The notes under the pieces were generated by a model, which saw nothing but the letters and a program-made list of their open reading frames with translations, was not told the DNA's origin and searched no databases. 64,000 nt of DNA from Candidatus Fervidifonticultor sextus (GTDB lineage Bacteria > Sysuimicrobiota > Sysuimicrobiia > Sysuimicrobiales > Humicultoraceae). How positions within the stretch are numbered: position 1 is the stretch's first letter; each line of letters opens with the position of its first letter. The translations under genes and the position numbers were made by a program. Of this stretch, positions 60,199 through 64,000 are shown piece after piece. Location: contig JAVKHQ010000001.1 of the NCBI GenBank assembly GCA_031459875.1, forward strand, positions 128,001-192,000, read 5' to 3'.

Positions 60199-61386
60199 CT
60201 ACCCCCTTGCGATCCGGGCCACCGGCTCGACCTCCCCGCCGGACTCTCGGATCATCTTCCGGAGTTCCTCGGGGTGGATGGCCCGGCTGAGCGCGTCGTC
60301 CACCGAGATGAGCTTGCGCAGGCAGAGGTCGCGGAGCGACTGGTCCATGGTCTGCATGCCCAGGTTCGCCCCGGTCTGGATCGCGGTCTCGATCTGGTGG
60401 GTCTTGGCTTCCCGGATGAGGTTGCGGATAGCCGGCGTGGCCAGCATGACCTCCACGGCCGGCACCCGGCCGATCTCCTCGATGCTGGGCCAGGCCGAAC
60501 CCGCCGCGCTGCCCAGGCGCGGCTTGGCGACCGTGCGGTTCTCCGACCGCCCGCGGTAGCGGGCATTCGGCAGCAACTGCTGCGAAATGACCGCCTCGAT
60601 GACCATGGCGAGCTGGATGCGGATCTGCTGCTGCTGGTAGGGCGGGAAGACGTCGATGATGCGGTCGATGGACTGGGCGGCGTTGGCCGTGTGCAGGGTG
60701 GCGAACACCAGGTGCCCGGTCTCGGCGATGGTCAGCGCGGCCGAGATCGTCTCCAGGTCGCGCATCTCGCCGATCAGCACCACGTTGGGGTCCTCCCGCA
60801 GCACCGCGCGCAGCGCGTTGGGGAACGACTGGGTGTCGAACCCCAGCTCCCGCTGGTTGACGATGCTCTTCTTGTGCTGGTGCAGGTACTCGATGGGGTC
60901 TTCCACGGTCACGATGTGGGCGCTGCGCTCGGAGTTGATGAAGTCGATCATCGCGGCCAGCGACGTGGACTTGCCGTGCCCGGTAGGGCCCGTGACGAGG
61001 ATCAGGCCGCGGGGCTTCCGCGTGAGCTCCTTGAGGATCGGGGGGAGGTTGAGGGCCTCGACGGAGGGGATGGTCATGGGGATGACGCGGATGGCGATCC
61101 CCACCGCCCCGCGCTGCCGGTACATGTTGACGCGGAACCGCCCCAGCCCCGGCACGCCGTAGGACAGGTCCAGTTCCCAGAACTTCTCGAACTTCTGCTT
61201 CTGGAAGGTGTTCAGCATGCTGTACCCGAGCTGAAAGGTGTCCTCGGCCGTCAGCACCTCGTAGTGCTCCATGGGCACCAGTTTCCCCCACAGCCGCATC
61301 GTGGGCTTGATGCCGCTGGTCAGGTGGAGGTCCGAGGCCTGGGCGGTCACGACCTCGCGGAGCAGATCCTCGATGTGCATCCCCAT
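60199..61386 (-). CDS. pilT: Type IV pilus retraction ATPase
   Basis: ASDLHL, GPTGHGKST, TVEDPIE, LREDP, GEMRD, TLHT, AIRNLIRE. Confidence 0.96.
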   Translation of the reverse strand: MGMHIEDLLREVVTAQASDLHLTSGIKPTMRLWGKLVPMEHYEVLTAEDTFQLGYSMLNTFQKQKFEKFWELDLSYGVPGLGRFRVNMYRQRGAVGIAIRVIPMTIPSVEALNLPPILKELTRKPRGLILVTGPTGHGKSTSLAAMIDFINSERSAHIVTVEDPIEYLHQHKKSIVNQRELGFDTQSFPNALRAVLREDPNVVLIGEMRDLETISAALTIAETGHLVFATLHTANAAQSIDRIIDVFPPYQQQQIRIQLAMVIEAVISQQLLPNARYRGRSENRTVAKPRLGSAAGSAWPSIEEIGRVPAVEVMLATPAIRNLIREAKTHQIETAIQTGANLGMQTMDQSLRDLCLRKLISVDDALSRAIHPEELRKMIRESGGEVEPVARIARG

Positions 61387-61397
61387 CCCCCCCAAGG

Positions 61398-63107
61398 CTA
61401 CTCGACGAAGACCACCCGGAGCATCTCCTCCAGCGAGGTGACCCCCGCCACGACCTTCGCGACGCCGTCCTGCTGCAGGGTCCGCATGCCGGAGGTGATC
61501 GCCGCCCGCTTAAGCACGTCGGCCGAGGCGCTCTTCACCACCAGGGTGCGGATCTCGTCGTCCACCAGCATGATCTCGAATAGACCGATGCGGCCCTTGT
61601 AGCCGATCTGGTTGCAGGCCTCGCAGCCCTTCGGCCGGTAGATCACCGGCGGCGGCTCCCCCGGGCCCGCGAGCCCGTAGCGCACCACGACCTCCGGCTC
61701 CGGCGTGTAGGGCTCGCGGCATCGACTGCAGAGCATGCGGACCAGCCGCTGCGCCACCACGCCGATCACCGAGGAGGAGACCAAGAACGGCTCCACGCCC
61801 ATGTCCACCAGCCGCGTGACAGCCCCGGGGGCGTCGTTGGTGTGCAGGGTCGAGAGCACCAGGTGCCCGGTCAGCGCCGCGTGGATCGCGATGCGCGCCG
61901 TCTCCTCGTCGCGTATCTCGCCCACCATGATGATGTCCGGGTCCTGGCGCAGGAACGACCGCAGGCCGTTGGCGAAGGTGAGCCCGGCCTTGGGGTTGAT
62001 CTGCACCTGGCTGATCCCGTTCAACTGGTACTCCACCGGGTCCTCGATGGTGATGATGTTCACCTCGGGTTTGTTCAGGCGGTTGAGGATGGCATAGAGG
62101 CTGGTGGTCTTGCCGCTCCCGGTCGGGCCGGTGATGAGGATGATGCCGTAGGGCTTGGCGATCAGCGACTCGAACCGCGGCAGGTCGCTGGCCAGCAGCC
62201 CCAGTTTGTCGATCCCCACCAGCGCCGAGCGCTTGTCCAGGATGCGCATGACGACCTTCTCGCCGAAGACCGTCGGGACCGTGGACACGCGCAGGTCGAT
62301 CTCCCGCTGGTCCACCCGCAGCTCGATGCGGCCGTCCTGGGGCACGCGGCGCTCGGCGATGTTCATGTTGGCCATGATCTTGATGCGGCTGGTGGTCGCG
62401 GCCTGGACGTGCCTGGGCGCCGTCATCACCTCGTAGAGGGTGCCGTCAATGCGGTAGCGGATGCGCAGCCGGTTCTCCTGGGGCTCCACGTGGATGTCGC
62501 TGGCGCCCTGCCGGACGGCCTGGAGCAGCATCAGGTTGACCAGGCGGACGACCGGCGCGTCGTCCACGATCTCGCGCAGTCGGTCGACCCCCGGCTCCTC
62601 CTCCCCCACGTCGGCCGGCCGGATCTCCTGGATGACCTGGTCCAGGGTCCCCTCGAGGGCCGGATACCTGTTCACGGCGTACTGGAACCCGTCCGGGGTG
62701 ATGGCCGCGGGGACGACCTCGCGCTCGACGAAGCGCCGGATATCGTCGAGGGCCACAACGTCGAGGGGGTCCACCATCCCCAGCACCAGCGCGTCCTCCT
62801 CCAGGCGGAGCGGGAGGACCTGGTAGCGCCGGATCATCGGCTCGGGGAGGATGGTCAGCACCTCGTCGGGAATCGTCACGGTCTGCGCATTGACGTACTC
62901 GATCCCCAACTGGTTGGCGATGGCCTTGGCGATGGCATCCTGCGAGGCCAGGCCCATGCCCACCAGCACCTTGCCGAGGCGATCGCCCGTGGTGGCCTGC
63001 GCCTGCAGGGCCTGGTCGAGCTGGGCCCTGGTGATCAGGCCGGCCTCGACCAGCAGTTCGCCCAGGCGGACCCGTCGCCGGGATGCCACGATCCTAGGTT
63101 GTCTCAT
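61398..63107 (-). CDS. pilB: Type IV pilus extension ATPase with N-terminal MshEN domain
   Basis: RLGELL..AGLIT; ASDIHVEP, GPTGSGKT, LRQDPD, CSRC...CEAC zinc motif. Confidence 0.96.
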   Translation of the reverse strand: MRQPRIVASRRRVRLGELLVEAGLITRAQLDQALQAQATTGDRLGKVLVGMGLASQDAIAKAIANQLGIEYVNAQTVTIPDEVLTILPEPMIRRYQVLPLRLEEDALVLGMVDPLDVVALDDIRRFVEREVVPAAITPDGFQYAVNRYPALEGTLDQVIQEIRPADVGEEEPGVDRLREIVDDAPVVRLVNLMLLQAVRQGASDIHVEPQENRLRIRYRIDGTLYEVMTAPRHVQAATTSRIKIMANMNIAERRVPQDGRIELRVDQREIDLRVSTVPTVFGEKVVMRILDKRSALVGIDKLGLLASDLPRFESLIAKPYGIILITGPTGSGKTTSLYAILNRLNKPEVNIITIEDPVEYQLNGISQVQINPKAGLTFANGLRSFLRQDPDIIMVGEIRDEETARIAIHAALTGHLVLSTLHTNDAPGAVTRLVDMGVEPFLVSSSVIGVVAQRLVRMLCSRCREPYTPEPEVVVRYGLAGPGEPPPVIYRPKGCEACNQIGYKGRIGLFEIMLVDDEIRTLVVKSASADVLKRAAITSGMRTLQQDGVAKVVAGVTSLEEMLRVVFVE

Positions 63108-63336
63108 GGCGCTCCATCAACAGTACGACGTGGGCCTTGTGCACCATCACCGCCCCGGCGCTGTAGAGGAGCCGTCCGTCCAGCGCGTACACCCGCGCGG
63201 AGGTGATGGGCAGGAAGTCCTTGGCCTGGTTCATCCGGTCCGACAGCCGGGTCGTCGACGGCAGGTGCAGGTCCCCCTCGATGCGGTGGTGCGGCGTGAA
63301 GATGATGACCGCCTCCCGATCCATCTCGACCTTCAT
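63094..63336 (-). CDS. Small hypothetical protein (DUF6812-like)
   Basis: 'IFTPHHRIEGDLH...RLSDRMN..KDFLPITSA'; overlaps the pilB start and the MerR stop. Confidence 0.65.
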   Translation of the reverse strand: MKVEMDREAVIIFTPHHRIEGDLHLPSTTRLSDRMNQAKDFLPITSARVYALDGRLLYSAGAVMVHKAHVVLLMERHETT

Positions 63337-63614
63337 CGGCCGGCTCCTCGGCTCTCCACCGCCAGTTCCACCGACCGGGAGGTCTCCAGGAGCCGCTGGA
63401 TGCCCTTGAGGCTCATCCCCCGGTCCACCATGGCCTTCACCCAGCGGATGCGCTCCACGTCGTCTTCGCTGTAGAGCCGGTGCCCTCCGCCGGTCCGTGC
63501 CGGATTGATGAGGTTGTACTGGTCTTCCCAGGCCCGGATCCGCCGCGGGTTCACGCCGGTGAGTTGCGCCACCGTCCTTATAGGATAGATTGGCGCCCGC
63601 CTGTCCACAATCAT
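63333..63614 (-). CDS. Stand-alone MerR-family HTH regulator
   Basis: YPIRTVAQLTGV..RRIRAWE...PARTGGGHRLYS. Confidence 0.88.
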   Translation of the reverse strand: MIVDRRAPIYPIRTVAQLTGVNPRRIRAWEDQYNLINPARTGGGHRLYSEDDVERIRWVKAMVDRGMSLKGIQRLLETSRSVELAVESRGAGR

Positions 63615-64000
63615 CGGCTGCCCCCTCCATTGCCTCCGGGCCGGGGCGTCCCGACGAGGTCCCGTTGGGGTCCGTACCCGTGTTCGCGCAGGTAGGTGTA
63701 GATATCCTGCAGCTTGGAGAACCCGTGGAAGTCCGGGCGGTACTCCTGCTCCAGCTTGTAGTCCAGCTCCACGAACTTGTTGAGGGTGACGAAGAAGGCG
63801 AACTGGACGATGTTGGAGGCCGACTCCGGCGCGTCCCGGTTCTTGTCCACGAACAGGTTGACGATGTCCACCGTCGGCAGGTCGGCTGGGTCGAACCCCT
63901 CGGCCTTGGCCCGGGTCTCGATGAGCTGGTGGAGGTCGTGGGTGGCCTTCCAGTCTTTGGCCAGGACCATGGCGACGTCCAGGTCGTACTCCAGGTCGCC
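63611..64000 (-). CDS. Hypothetical protein (C-terminal part; may start beyond the window)
   Basis: Open frame to the window edge with coding-like codon bias; ATGA overlap with the MerR gene. Confidence 0.6.
   Translation of the reverse strand, partial: GDLEYDLDVAMVLAKDWKATHDLHQLIETRAKAEGFDPADLPTVDIVNLFVDKNRDAPESASNIVQFAFFVTLNKFVELDYKLEQEYRPDFHGFSKLQDIYTYLREHGYGPQRDLVGTPRPGGNGGGSR

Overview
High-GC bacterial chromosome window, with genes mostly on the minus strand. 1-19.3 kb is housekeeping with Firmicutes-like synteny (etfB, acyl-CoA dehydrogenase, hbd, pdp-punA-deoB-xerD-nudF, ilvE, pyrG, recN-nadK-tlyA-ispA-acyP-nusB, efp-pepP). 19.4-64 kb is one large type IVa pilus locus: MerR-type regulator, pilB(MshEN)-pilT-pilC, two major-type pilins, minor pilins including a ComZ/PilX-like protein and a PilW-like protein with a long Thr/Pro tail, pilMNO, a degenerate GGDEF protein, pilD, a PilP-like protein, the secretin pilQ and a TPR protein. 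About 27 kb of accessory DNA sits inside this locus. It encodes a candidate extracytoplasmic glycosylation pathway using lipid-phosphate sugar donors (7 GT-C-type membrane enzymes including a protein O-mannosyltransferase, 4 polyprenol-phosphate GT2s, one fused to GtrA, and 2 methyltransferases). Each pilin gene is directly followed by its own GT-C. It also holds a MoxR-DUF58-transglutaminase triad, four toxin-antitoxin pairs, a Uma2 pseudogene and three tandem-repeat coiled-coil genes. SigH-like promoter motifs recur in front of pilus genes. The secretin plus the Terrabacteria-type gene order suggests a diderm lineage such as Armatimonadota/CSP1-3 (inference). All family assignments come from reading motifs by eye; no database searches were run.
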